Source: an uncultured Candidatus Saccharibacteria bacterium (GTDB lineage Bacteria > Patescibacteriota > Saccharimonadia > Saccharimonadales > AWTP1-31). Taken from it: a stretch of 64,000 nucleotides of DNA. A model generated the notes under the pieces. It did no database searches. It was not told the origin of the DNA and saw nothing but the letters and a program-made list of their open reading frames with translations. The stretch covers positions 19,101 through 83,100 of the forward strand of contig CAZXTE010000001.1 of NCBI GenBank assembly GCA_964643545.1, given 5' to 3'. Numbering within the stretch: the stretch's first letter is position 1; every line of letters begins with the position of its first letter. Positions 40,801 through 49,500 of this stretch are shown here, one piece after another. The translations under genes were made by a program, and so were the position numbers.

Positions 40801-41575
40801 CACCTGCTGCCTTCCACATACCCTGGTTTGGGTCTTTTCGCCAGCCTTCTACGTCAAGGTTACTCACTTTGTCATTGACCTTAATCTTGTAGTCGCTTGC
40901 CCCGCCACTAAAACCATCCCGGGTTATTTCTATGCCGTATTTCTCGGATAGTTTATTCTCGAGGCGTGCATCGCGCCAACCCCTAAACAAGCGGGCAGCC
41001 GGCGAATCGCCTTCTAGATTGGCAATACAATTTTTGTCTATTGTCCCAGACGAACGACTACAGGTTCCCTTGCCTAGGTTTGGGATCACCTTATCTCGGA
41101 GGTACTTGTCTAGTAGCCTTTCTGCTCTCGTTTGCACAGCACTCTCCGAGCTGGCAAAAAAGCGACTCTGCAAATTTTCCATGATGTGGTTAATCTTCAA
41201 GGGCAAAAACGCCATGAATGCGGCCAGAATCAAACCGCCAATGCCACCCCCAATAAGCCCAGCACCAATCAATTTCTTTTTTTTGCCGCCCGTGGCACCT
41301 GCTAAAAATTTCTTAAGGCTTTGAAGGTCTTTTACATCCTCAGTATTGTAGCCGCTCCCAACCCTATCGCCGAGCGCATCTGCTTCTCTTGATGCGGCTC
41401 CGCCAACACCATCCGCTGCCTCTCCCTGAGCCTCTTGCTCTGAGATATTTGGTGTTTCTGTCGAAGCGTCACCACTGGCCTCGTTTGTTAGTTTGGGGTC
41501 CTCATCTCCGCCCCCCACACTTCCTGATGCTCTTCGAGGCGAGTCATCGTCATATATTTTTGATGGTTCACCCAT
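37829..41575 (-). CDS. giant membrane-anchored multi-domain protein: SGNH/GDSL hydrolase plus C-terminal M15 (VanY/LAS-type) peptidase domain
   Basis: 1248 aa with an N-terminal TM (GAGLIGGGIGGLILAAFMAFL). There are a GDSL block VYVVGDSLTNG and a downstream SGNH-like block. The C-terminal SRHQSGDAVD ... EPWHW motifs match Zn D-Ala-D-Ala carboxypeptidase-like (VanY / peptidase M15) signatures. Confidence 0.65.
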   Translation of the reverse strand: MGEPSKIYDDDSPRRASGSVGGGDEDPKLTNEASGDASTETPNISEQEAQGEAADGVGGAASREADALGDRVGSGYNTEDVKDLQSLKKFLAGATGGKKKKLIGAGLIGGGIGGLILAAFMAFLPLKINHIMENLQSRFFASSESAVQTRAERLLDKYLRDKVIPNLGKGTCSRSSGTIDKNCIANLEGDSPAARLFRGWRDARLENKLSEKYGIEITRDGFSGGASDYKIKVNDKVSNLDVEGWRKDPNQGMWKAAGGRNDVRIKVRESFKEETLWKRVMYRFKVGRLLEEKYGIRRCVFACKSKDRIDDWKDKKKGAFRLVINRRVIIPYTQHLGFVLECIIDPACDSDKASKGEADNDGVRRDKIEKQIREALEKSGKEFTEETVEKIVEKTIKLADKSLTAFIVEEVVAKIAGEAAGSAASKGLPVIGWIDLAARITAKAKSAGPALKRWKYEIIGTQMVATYMLYRTTADECKGMHCNVELLGSMTNGVGDSAGDKDHKNQPAELAPLYGDILGEPIQKSSFLDVLSPQKAYAAETGSTASEPKYTCDDKNKPDTGKLICPEESLLTNGVIQKISDIFNQPPLSLLGQTADAWNATIGQILNLINKLIDLGVGAVEAAISKIFPQYADLKKMIEEQIGKIFETIAKWLIPSPVSADMSGARTFDMLAGGADVAGNNDAHYGLGGIRLTDAQVAEIRADQENQRNEEFQRQPFFARMFSTESPKSLVSQMAMATPSSVTRTANTGVTGLLANPFTSLSKSFGSLLATKKTFAADAKPDPFGVVQYGFPKNSSALDVDPDTLTDAVCEKMDKDWANGRGEFAGTLIEDKETGTDVHTKENPCLLNKKAVAAAGGRYTTDVLDPEDYESETTSGGGGSNSGGGNNAVYVVGDSLTNGMKDLGSLTNKLQTAGWEVTKVQATDGIDVDRSLEKIDLDRNEVSRAGTIAVMLGTNPGPDSPQFASKIKLMVDKIHEYNPSAKIFWMNAKTQISNYDAVAAAVSSQAAALKYTPIDWRAEVAKNPAKYPFAPDKIHHTAAGYLAKSDFLVASLGPPPASTGGTGDGTCASGTKNVGLADGYEGGVLKKITLCAILGFPSSSEESNPRSQYYVNGADGNVLVAADKSNDWVNMFNAMKSDGVSPKASSSFRTMKHQQELCAKDDKCPNGVYSDVAKPGTSRHQSGDAVDFALTRVGHPEEFGTKNGGKASPSNPRVAPGMPMWDWLIDNAGKYNLKQYWNEPWHWSHTGS

Positions 41576-41601
41576 GGTTGTTTATACGGCTCCGACCATA
41601 G

Positions 41602-43515
41602 TTAAACTCCAGGCGTCAATCTATTGTTAAGGTCAATGGTGCCTTGTGGCTGATTGATTTCGCCCTGTCTCATTTGTTGAACCTGCTGCGGATTCGTTGT
41701 GATAAGCCCGGTTTCTGTAGGGCTGGCTGTAATCTGGATATGAACGTGGCTTTGCCCAGCGAAGAACAGGCCCTGGCCAACAGGAAATTGACTGAGGCGC
41801 TTCTTCTCCTCGCTGGTAAGCTTGAATATATCAGCCAATACATCAACGGCAGACGTCGACTGCTTCAGCAGTATCTGCATGCTTGCGTTGGCAACGATCG
41901 CGCGACCCATGCGTGATCCCATAAAGTCCTCCACATCCTGGCTAATGGTGGTAATGCCGAGGTTGTACTTTCGAGCACGTTTTGCAAGCGAAAACAAGAA
42001 GTTAGCAGAGTCTTCGTACTTCATAAGCTGCCAAGCTTCATCGACAATCAGAATGCGACGTTTTACGTCACTCTTCGTTTTGTTCCAGATGTAGTTCAGT
42101 ACAATGTACATAGCAACGGGGCGTAATTCGTCCTCGAGGTCACGTATGTTAAACACAACCAGGGGATTATTGACGTTAGTATTCGATTGCTGACTAAAAA
42201 TGCCCGCAAATGTACCGGTGGTATATTTTCTTAGACGCTGTGCGAGCTGTGGTCCTGTGCCGCCCATATGTAGCAGCGTGTCGTACAGATCGGCAATTGT
42301 TGGCGGAACCCCATTGTGCGTGAGTGGATCGTTGGTTATGCCGGCCTTGGCATATGTTTCGATGAGTGCTGCGTCGAGGTCGGATTCTTCTACGGGGGAT
42401 AAAGCAGGAACAGCGGCTACACCGCCACTTGCTGCCATTTGTGCTTGTGCGCCACCCATCATCAGTCGGAAGAGCCCGTGCAAAGTAATAATATTACTAC
42501 GCAAGGCGTTGTCGGCTTCTTCGGCATCTACAACCTTCGGAAGGTCAAAGGGGTTAATGCGTGTTGCTGAGCTCAAACTTAGTCGTACATATGCACCACC
42601 GACTGCATCACACATTCGCTGGTATTCGTTTTCTGGGTCAATAATAAAGATTTCGGTGCCGAACATAAGACTACGCAACGCTTCTAGCTTAACGGTAAAC
42701 GACTTACCAGCACCCGACTTGGCAAAGACAACTGAGTTGCCATTTTCTAGGCTAAACCGATCAAATATAACAAGACCAGAGTTGTGCATGTTGATGCCGT
42801 ACAATATGCCATTCTCTTGGCTCAGGTCGGCCGAAGTAAACGGGAAGCTCGTGCTAATCGCGCCCGTGTTCATATTGCGACGAATCTGAAGCTGGTCCAT
42901 AAATTGCGGTATGCAACTATTAAAGCCCTGCTCTTGCTGTGAGGTAGCTGCTTTGGAGTAGGTTAGCTGTTGGCCCAGCATAGACTCGATCTTGTGGGTT
43001 ACAAACTCCAGTTCGTCCATGTCGCCTGCGTAGACAGTAAAATATAATCCAAAACGGAAGAAACGTTCCTCGCCAACCTGTAACTTATCGCGCATTTCCT
43101 CAGCATCTGTAATGGCGGCCTGCTTGCCTGGGTCTCGCACGCGTCCCTTCTCTGCGTCAATCTGTAGACCGGCCTCTAACTGCGTTACTTTTTTGCGCAA
43201 GTTCTCCAAAACCACTTGGCTTTCCACGGGGTATATATACATAGAAAGATCCATAACCTCGTCGATGTTTACCAGGCTACTTGCCCAGCCTGTAAAAACC
43301 TGGCGGGGGTATCCGTAGACATAAAATGTTCTGGCTATCCTGGTCCCAATATGGAACAGACTATTCTCGAACACAAGTGAACTGGGGGCGATAAAGTCAC
43401 GAAGTGCAGTGATGCCCTTTTGGAACGCTGCGCTTACCTCTTGCTCTTCTCGTGCTCGTTGCGCTTGTGCGATTGCAACCGGGTCAACGGGTTGGTTCTT
43501 TCTGCCAAAAGCCAT
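41602..43515 (-). CDS. virB4: type IV secretion system ATPase, VirB4/TraC/CagE family (C-terminal ATPase module)
   Basis: Walker A FAKSGAGKSF and Walker B ILIVDEAWQL (DEAW is characteristic of VirB4) are present, with an ISQDVEDF motif C region. 637 aa is short for VirB4, which suggests the N-terminal domain is encoded separately. Confidence 0.75.
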   Translation of the reverse strand: MAFGRKNQPVDPVAIAQAQRAREEQEVSAAFQKGITALRDFIAPSSLVFENSLFHIGTRIARTFYVYGYPRQVFTGWASSLVNIDEVMDLSMYIYPVESQVVLENLRKKVTQLEAGLQIDAEKGRVRDPGKQAAITDAEEMRDKLQVGEERFFRFGLYFTVYAGDMDELEFVTHKIESMLGQQLTYSKAATSQQEQGFNSCIPQFMDQLQIRRNMNTGAISTSFPFTSADLSQENGILYGINMHNSGLVIFDRFSLENGNSVVFAKSGAGKSFTVKLEALRSLMFGTEIFIIDPENEYQRMCDAVGGAYVRLSLSSATRINPFDLPKVVDAEEADNALRSNIITLHGLFRLMMGGAQAQMAASGGVAAVPALSPVEESDLDAALIETYAKAGITNDPLTHNGVPPTIADLYDTLLHMGGTGPQLAQRLRKYTTGTFAGIFSQQSNTNVNNPLVVFNIRDLEDELRPVAMYIVLNYIWNKTKSDVKRRILIVDEAWQLMKYEDSANFLFSLAKRARKYNLGITTISQDVEDFMGSRMGRAIVANASMQILLKQSTSAVDVLADIFKLTSEEKKRLSQFPVGQGLFFAGQSHVHIQITASPTETGLITTNPQQVQQMRQGEINQPQGTIDLNNRLTPGV

Positions 43516-44387
43516 TACAGTAGCTCCCTGTCTAAGTTTGGTTGTGGAGCCTGTCCTTGCCCTCTTGTGACAACAGGTGTTGAAAGATCACCGAAGTTAC
43601 GAAGTTGCTGCCTTGTTGCAGTATCTGGGTTGTAGGCATCGTAGTAGAGCTCGATAAGTTCCTGGGTATCGAGTGGTAACCCTTGGATGCCGCACTGCAT
43701 CAATCCAGAGAGTACAGCTTGTACGCGGTTTCTCAGCTCGTCTTTTGCCTTGGCGAGATCAGTCTCATTGATAACCACTTGCTTCTCAGGCTTCTTGCTG
43801 AACAGTGCCCCAATGCCACCAACAAGTTTCTTGCTTTCATCCAGTGTTTTCTGCAGGTCTGCTACGGGGAAATAGGGTATGACCACGTAAAAACGTTTAT
43901 CCATAATGTTGGTTTGTTGGCTCAACTGATCCATGAAATTTATGTAATCGTCCATGAGTAGCGCCAACAGCATGTTGTCGTGCTCGCTACGAATTTTGAC
44001 AAGCTTATCCAAGTAAGGTCCAAGGTCTACCTTCTCGGAACGGATCATAATTTGTATAGGGAAATAGAGAGAATTTAGAAAACCCTGGTAGCTAAACTCA
44101 ACAGCCTCTCGTTCTTGCGGGCTCATTAGGTCAAAGTTAATAGATTTTGTCATGATGACGGAACGGAAAGAGCCATCGTTCATGATCACAATACCATCTC
44201 GGATTTCCGCTATTTGCAGGGCATTTTGTGTGCTGTTTGGGTTTGATGGTGGTGCAAGAGGTTGTGGTTTGGCCCCAGCGGTACGAGGTGCATTAAAGCT
44301 AGCAGGTGGCGGTCCAGCGGGGGTTGGGTATGCCATCCCGGGCTGGTTTTGTACGGGGTTCATCTGAGGATTTGATGCCGGATTCAT
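43515..44387 (-). CDS. protein translationally coupled to virB4, possible detached VirB4 N-terminal domain
   Basis: 290 aa. Its stop TAA overlaps the virB4 ATG by 1 nt. The N-terminus is Pro/Asn-rich and low-complexity. The rest (IAEIRDGIVIMNDGSFRSVIMTK...) is a folded domain reminiscent of the VirB4/TraC N-terminal region. Confidence 0.5.
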   Translation of the reverse strand: MNPASNPQMNPVQNQPGMAYPTPAGPPPASFNAPRTAGAKPQPLAPPSNPNSTQNALQIAEIRDGIVIMNDGSFRSVIMTKSINFDLMSPQEREAVEFSYQGFLNSLYFPIQIMIRSEKVDLGPYLDKLVKIRSEHDNMLLALLMDDYINFMDQLSQQTNIMDKRFYVVIPYFPVADLQKTLDESKKLVGGIGALFSKKPEKQVVINETDLAKAKDELRNRVQAVLSGLMQCGIQGLPLDTQELIELYYDAYNPDTATRQQLRNFGDLSTPVVTRGQGQAPQPNLDRELL

Positions 44388-44427
44388 GCTACCTGTCTAC
44401 CCACTCCCTTGGTGCTCAATTGATAAT

Positions 44428-45471
44428 TTAACGCAGCGATATTATTACTTCACCATCGTCAGTCTTTGATTGACTGGGGTGGTTCTTCTCTGCCTCTCGT
44501 GCCAAACTATCAATCGGGCGATTATTCTCGATTGCTAGGTTCAGTATATCAGGCGCAGGTGCTGCTGTCACCCCTGGTGATTTTGGTTGTGCTTGCGGGG
44601 GCTGACTCGAAAGCGGCTGGAGCTTTCTGTGGTTACGAAACGACTCATCTGGGTGGCTTTTTTGCTCGTGTATCTTGTTTAGTAGCGCCTGCTCATTTGC
44701 GTCTGGTATTGCTGGCTTGGCAAAAGTCGGAGCAGGTGTTGACCCTCCCTGTGATTGCACGAACCAGCCTCCTGGGGGTGCGATATTGGTGCTCGGTGCT
44801 TGTTGCTCCCGAGCAACTTCACGCATGTGAGAGACTGCCTCTTGTTGGTGCACTTCCTTCGACTGGGCAATTTGGGCATCGAGCCGAGCGGCCGTTTGAT
44901 TATCAAAAATATCATCCTCTGCTCGAACATCTATGGTCGAGACCTGCTTTGGCAATTCCTCGACCGCTACAAGCCTGTCCGAGCTTGGCGCCATAGCTAA
45001 CGAACCGTAAGAGGGCTGTGCAAATAAGTTCACGTCCACGTTCTTAATAACCCAACCACGGCTGTCTATGGTTGTTGCCAGCGCCTTAAGGCGGCTTTTG
45101 ACTTCGTTCTGGCTAAGGTTATCAGAGAAGTTCTGTTCAATATGTTTTGGAACAGTTATCTTGACCAGTTCCTTCATGCCCGACTGGTCCCAAATGCGTT
45201 TACGTGGCTTAAAGTAAAAACGGAGCTTAGCGAGGAGCCATACCTCAGTGGGCTGATCTCGACCCCACGGGAACGCCAAAAACCCAAAGACAATCTCTAT
45301 AGGCAACAAAATAACCGCCACAAACCATACATTGTGTGTAAGGCCCAAGAAACTTATGTAAAGACTGGTTACAACAATCGCCCCAAAGATAAATTGTTTC
45401 AGCGTTAAGGGGCCAAGGAACTTATCCTCTGCCTCAATATCCTGGAGAACTTTATACGTAGCCACTAGCAT
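44428..45471 (-). CDS. membrane protein with N-terminal TM hairpin, candidate VirB3-like T4SS subunit with extended Pro/Gln-rich tail
   Basis: Two adjacent N-terminal TM helices (FIFGAIVVTSLYISFLGL / VWFVAVILLPIEIVFGFLAF) sit immediately upstream of virB4. This position and topology are typical of VirB3/PrgI/TcpE. Confidence 0.45.
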   Translation of the reverse strand: MLVATYKVLQDIEAEDKFLGPLTLKQFIFGAIVVTSLYISFLGLTHNVWFVAVILLPIEIVFGFLAFPWGRDQPTEVWLLAKLRFYFKPRKRIWDQSGMKELVKITVPKHIEQNFSDNLSQNEVKSRLKALATTIDSRGWVIKNVDVNLFAQPSYGSLAMAPSSDRLVAVEELPKQVSTIDVRAEDDIFDNQTAARLDAQIAQSKEVHQQEAVSHMREVAREQQAPSTNIAPPGGWFVQSQGGSTPAPTFAKPAIPDANEQALLNKIHEQKSHPDESFRNHRKLQPLSSQPPQAQPKSPGVTAAPAPDILNLAIENNRPIDSLAREAEKNHPSQSKTDDGEVIISLR

Positions 45472-45523
45472 TTAGTATCTGATATTCATCAGAAGCATGC
45501 AAGTTTTATAGAGGAAACTTGTA

Positions 45524-46495
45524 CTAAAGAGCTGGAGGTCCGGCAGGTGGTGCTGGAGGTGCAGCGGGCGGAGGCGGCAGTGCAGCTATGCGGGCAGCCT
45601 CTGCCGTAGCAGCTGCCTGGGCATCCAGATTGGCAGTTGCAAGTGCGGCAGTAGTTTGTATCTCGTTTAAGACCGCCCGCTCTGCATCGTATCTACCGAC
45701 GGCTGCATCAAGCAGGTTCACTCTCGTTTCTTTGGGGGTAGAAGCGCGTTTGTATTGAGGGCTAAATTCACCCAGAATTTTAAAAGCATCAAATCCACCA
45801 CCCTCCTTGTCGGGTCGCCTAGGGCGTTCCCGGGCAATGGGCATGTTGCTCTCGAATGGACCAAGGTCAGGCGTTGGGGAATAGGAGGTATCCTCTCCTA
45901 GGAGTGCTGGCCCCCGTGATGGAACGTGGCCTTCAAAGAATTCAAGCCCTGTCCCCACAATCCTACCAAGCGCTCCTGGATCGTCAGAGACGTGTTTTCT
46001 GCGACCCGTTGGGATGACTTCACGCCTAATGCTAAACACGGCAAATATTGGAGAGCCGCCGTCTCGGGCAACTTCCACCGGTGTGCTATAGGTTGTTTCA
46101 ACGCGTCCTATCGGCTGCTCTTCTCGCGAAATTCTGCCAGGTATGCGACTTCGCCGGTCTATACCAGGCCCTCTTGTTCGCAGGGCGTTTTGTCGCATGC
46201 GATCGGGCTCGCTTCTTTGGGTACGCTCTGCATCAACACCAATTCGCTGGATTAAGTCATCAACGTCTGCGGCTACTCGCTCTTGTTCTCCGTAGAATTC
46301 AAGCACAGCTTCCGCACCCCTGTGAATGTCCTGTGTTGCCTCAACGTGCGCTTCCCTTGTAGCCTCTTCATCATCACGTCGATCGTGTCTGGCCGTCTGT
46401 AATCTACGACGGAGGTCTTCTTGGTAGGCTGCTTGTTCTGGGCTAGGGATATCGCTCATAGTGTATTTTTGTTTTAATAGTGAGTAACAAATCAA
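45524..46495 (-). CDS. hypothetical protein with Pro/Ala-rich N-terminus, T4SS-operon member
   Basis: 323 aa. The N-terminus is low-complexity (PPPPAAPPAPPAGPPAL). It lies between the virB6-like gene and the virB3-like gene in the same operon. Confidence 0.45.
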   Translation of the reverse strand: MICYSLLKQKYTMSDIPSPEQAAYQEDLRRRLQTARHDRRDDEEATREAHVEATQDIHRGAEAVLEFYGEQERVAADVDDLIQRIGVDAERTQRSEPDRMRQNALRTRGPGIDRRSRIPGRISREEQPIGRVETTYSTPVEVARDGGSPIFAVFSIRREVIPTGRRKHVSDDPGALGRIVGTGLEFFEGHVPSRGPALLGEDTSYSPTPDLGPFESNMPIARERPRRPDKEGGGFDAFKILGEFSPQYKRASTPKETRVNLLDAAVGRYDAERAVLNEIQTTAALATANLDAQAAATAEAARIAALPPPPAAPPAPPAGPPAL

Positions 46496-46547
46496 CAGTA
46501 CACTATTTTGGTTAATAAGTCAACAAGGTTGTGTAAAGTCATCTATA

Positions 46548-49500
46548 CTATTGGCGCTTGGTGGGGTCGTTGCCAACATCTATTGGGATATCCTCTCCAG
46601 GAAGTGGGGTACCGGACCGTCCCGCTGGACCACCCGGTACAGTTGAGCGTGTTGGAGTACCGGCTATGGGGTCTGCTCTGCCTGTGGTGCCTACCTCGCG
46701 GCTCCACTCGACGGGGTCAGTTGCGGCGTGCCCTGTAGCTGGGTCGATCCTAGAACTAGTTTCAAATAATGCGTAAAAGTTCTCCATTTCTTCTTTGGTG
46801 CGTCCGCTAGCACCACCACCAACTTGGGTGATCATTCTTCCAGTTGGGGTACCGCTTGCCGTCATTTCCGGTACTGTCTGGCCGATGCTGCGTGCAATTC
46901 GAGCACCACGTTGGATAACTTCATTTGCGGCTGCCTGTTCATCGGCTGTTGCAGCTGGGTTAGCGAGTGTGGTACGAGCACGAACGACTTCTTCTGACAT
47001 TGTAGTCCAGGTGTCCGGATGCTGTTGTGTCATCTGGTATGTGCCTTGGCGTTCATCGATCTCTTGCATAAGGGCTGTGGCATTCATGGTTAGTCCATTC
47101 TCGCCGTATTGGTAATGCTTCCACTCGCGGTCGGTATTCTGGTTGGCGAAGGCCGCACCCGTCCATATGCCACCCATTTGGCCTGTAGTAGCATTTTCGG
47201 CAGCACCACCACGTGTTGCTAGGCGACCAACGTTCTGGTACAGGTAATCATGTTGTTCTTGGGTGGTGGCTTTGCGCATTTCGTAACTAAGAGCGTACTG
47301 TGCAGCATCTTGGTCCCCACGCCAGCGATTGTGTGCCGCATCCACGGCACTTTCGTCGACCCATTTCCCACCAAGTGTTTTATATTGACGTGTATTATTG
47401 TGGATTCGAACATGACCATTCCCGTCCGGGTCGTAGAGGTTGCCGGCTATAGCATCGGCCTCCGCCTTGTTTACAGTCAGTGCTCGTACCTCAGTATCAT
47501 CCCCGGTAGAGGTCAGCTGCTCCATTCGTTTTTGTGTTTCGCCACGCATTGCTGTAATACCCTCCTCGAGGTTATAGCCACCAACACGCCCCTGCAAGAA
47601 TCGCGCGCTTCTGCCAAACCGACCGCCCCTGCTGGCGTAGGTGCCAAGGGCACGGTATTGACGATCTCGTGCTGTTAGCATGCGGCGCTGCACATCTTGT
47701 TTGGCCTGTTCTTTGCGACTTTTGGTGAGCCCTCCAACCTTTGCGGTGCCCCCAGCAACGGCTGCATAGAGTTTGCCCATGGCTCCCCCGGCAAACTTGA
47801 AAGCAAAAGGAATCAGGAATAATGGGATAATTTGCAGCGAGAATGCGATGAGACCCGCAAGTCCCGCGGAAACAGGGTTGGGACTTCCGGAAGTCCCTAC
47901 GGCGTCATTTGCTACGAGTATTGTTGCGCTCAATATGCTGGCAGTCGAGAATATAACAACAACAATTGGGAACACTAGTAATGTCTCGAATAATAAGTTC
48001 CACCACTTTTTAAAATATTGTTCGGTATTTGGGAGGCAGTACAAAGCAAATGCAACGGGGCTGACCATAATGAGGGCTAATATAATGCCGCGCCGAATAA
48101 CGAGCGTTGCAAAGACCGCAAGGATGGCTAACATTGCCGGAACGACAATGCCGATAAGAATAAAAACTGCCGCCTTCCCCAGGAACCCTGCCGTTAAAAA
48201 CCCACCCAGGAACCCTGCAATACCTGCAGCCCCAAGAAACAATGCGAGAACAGTAGTTAGTACTGCGCCAAGTTGCGCCCCTGGGCTGGGAGCTGCATGA
48301 AGCAAATCGGCCACTGGGGCCATCATGAGCTGGGCAATTCCCTTGCCAAGAACGTTGGTGATGTCCACGAGCAAAGCCACAATGTAGACAGATAAGTTTA
48401 TGAGTATGGCCGCTATTAATATGCGTGGCATCACTTTCTTGGCTGTATACGCATCGATAATGCCTCCACCGATAGTTTGCCCAAAAACAATGACCAGCAT
48501 GGCTATGATGAGGAATATATTGCCATAAACGCGAAATGCCGACCACGCCTTGAAGCTCGGGTCTGATGGGTCGGTAGAAACAGGGCTGGTATATAAAAGA
48601 GGGGATACAAGATTCTTAAAAAGCCAGTCAGTTGTTTCGGCAAACATATTAAAGACAGGGCAAAGTATCCAGTTTAGGCTAAAACCAGATGCTTCGCAGG
48701 TGGCGTTTGTGTCGTCCGATGTGCCGTCCGTGTTCCCACCCCCAGACGGGTTACTGCCCCCACTATTATCTCCCTGATTTCCTTTAGAATCTTCAATTTG
48801 TTTCTGGTAATCGCCATCAAGATCCTTCATGAGCTTAGATAGGTCTGGGGTAAAGCCGTCATCTTCCAAAATATGGAAACATTTTTTATTCTTGTCGCCG
48901 CCACACTGCTGAGAGTTACTGTTCGTATCTAGATTATAGACGAGACTACTCCCGACCATCTGCACTGCGTAATTATCTGCCGTGATTGCGGCACTGGACC
49001 ATGTTACGTCATCTTGGTCTACTTCAAAGTCTTGATTGATGGTGAGTGCAATTGTTATCTCTTTGCCATCCTTGTCCTTTATGACGGATGCTGCACCACT
49101 ATTGTTGTTGCCAGGCAGCTTAATGAGACGAAAGCGAAAATTACCCGACTTTTTTAGAAAGGCGAGCTTGTCTGCCTGGGCACTAGCTTGTATGTAGTCT
49201 TTATCGCCAGCTTTAATTTTAAAGTGGACGCTTACTTTTCTTTGATTAAGTGGGCTGATATCGATACGTGACGTACATGTCTTGTCTCGATACGATTTGT
49301 CGGCAAACTTTTGGTGTTCCTCCCAGACCCCTGAGCTCTTAAGCTTTGAGTAGAGCTTTTCGGCTTGATCTGCATAAAACCTCTTGGTGCTCGCGTCGCC
49401 GCCATTACGAATGTCCCACAAGTGGTCCTGATCTTTGGGGTTGCCTTTCTGGTAGGTAAATGTGCCAGGAAAGCACAGGTCCATGGTAAGCCGTGCATCT

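Noticed and set aside
38200-41324. About ten ORFs of 60-130 aa on both strands inside the 1248-aa giant gene (e.g. 39054-39434+, 40194-40577+, 40932-41324+)
   Set aside because: All are contained in one uninterrupted 3.7-kb minus-strand ORF with a GDSL motif and M15 motifs. Their products are Ser/Pro/Ala/Leu-rich low-complexity sequences.
42200-42889. 229-aa ORF on the plus strand opposite virB4
   Set aside because: It is antisense to the conserved Walker-motif region of virB4. Its product is Ser/Ala/Pro/Arg-rich in a way characteristic of reverse-strand translation of a coding sequence.
44466-44996. 176-aa plus-strand ORF opposite the virB3-like gene; also the 44679-44930(-) and 44755-45000(+) ORFs
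   Set aside because: These overlap a longer, operon-consistent minus-strand ORF. No start context and no recognisable features.
47250-48546. ORFs 47250-47678(+), 47773-48300(+) and 48010-48546(-) inside the VirB6-like gene
   Set aside because: They are internal or antisense to the 1098-aa ORF, whose TM-helix periodicity fits the minus-strand frame. Hydrophobic-looking antisense products are expected opposite TM-encoding DNA.
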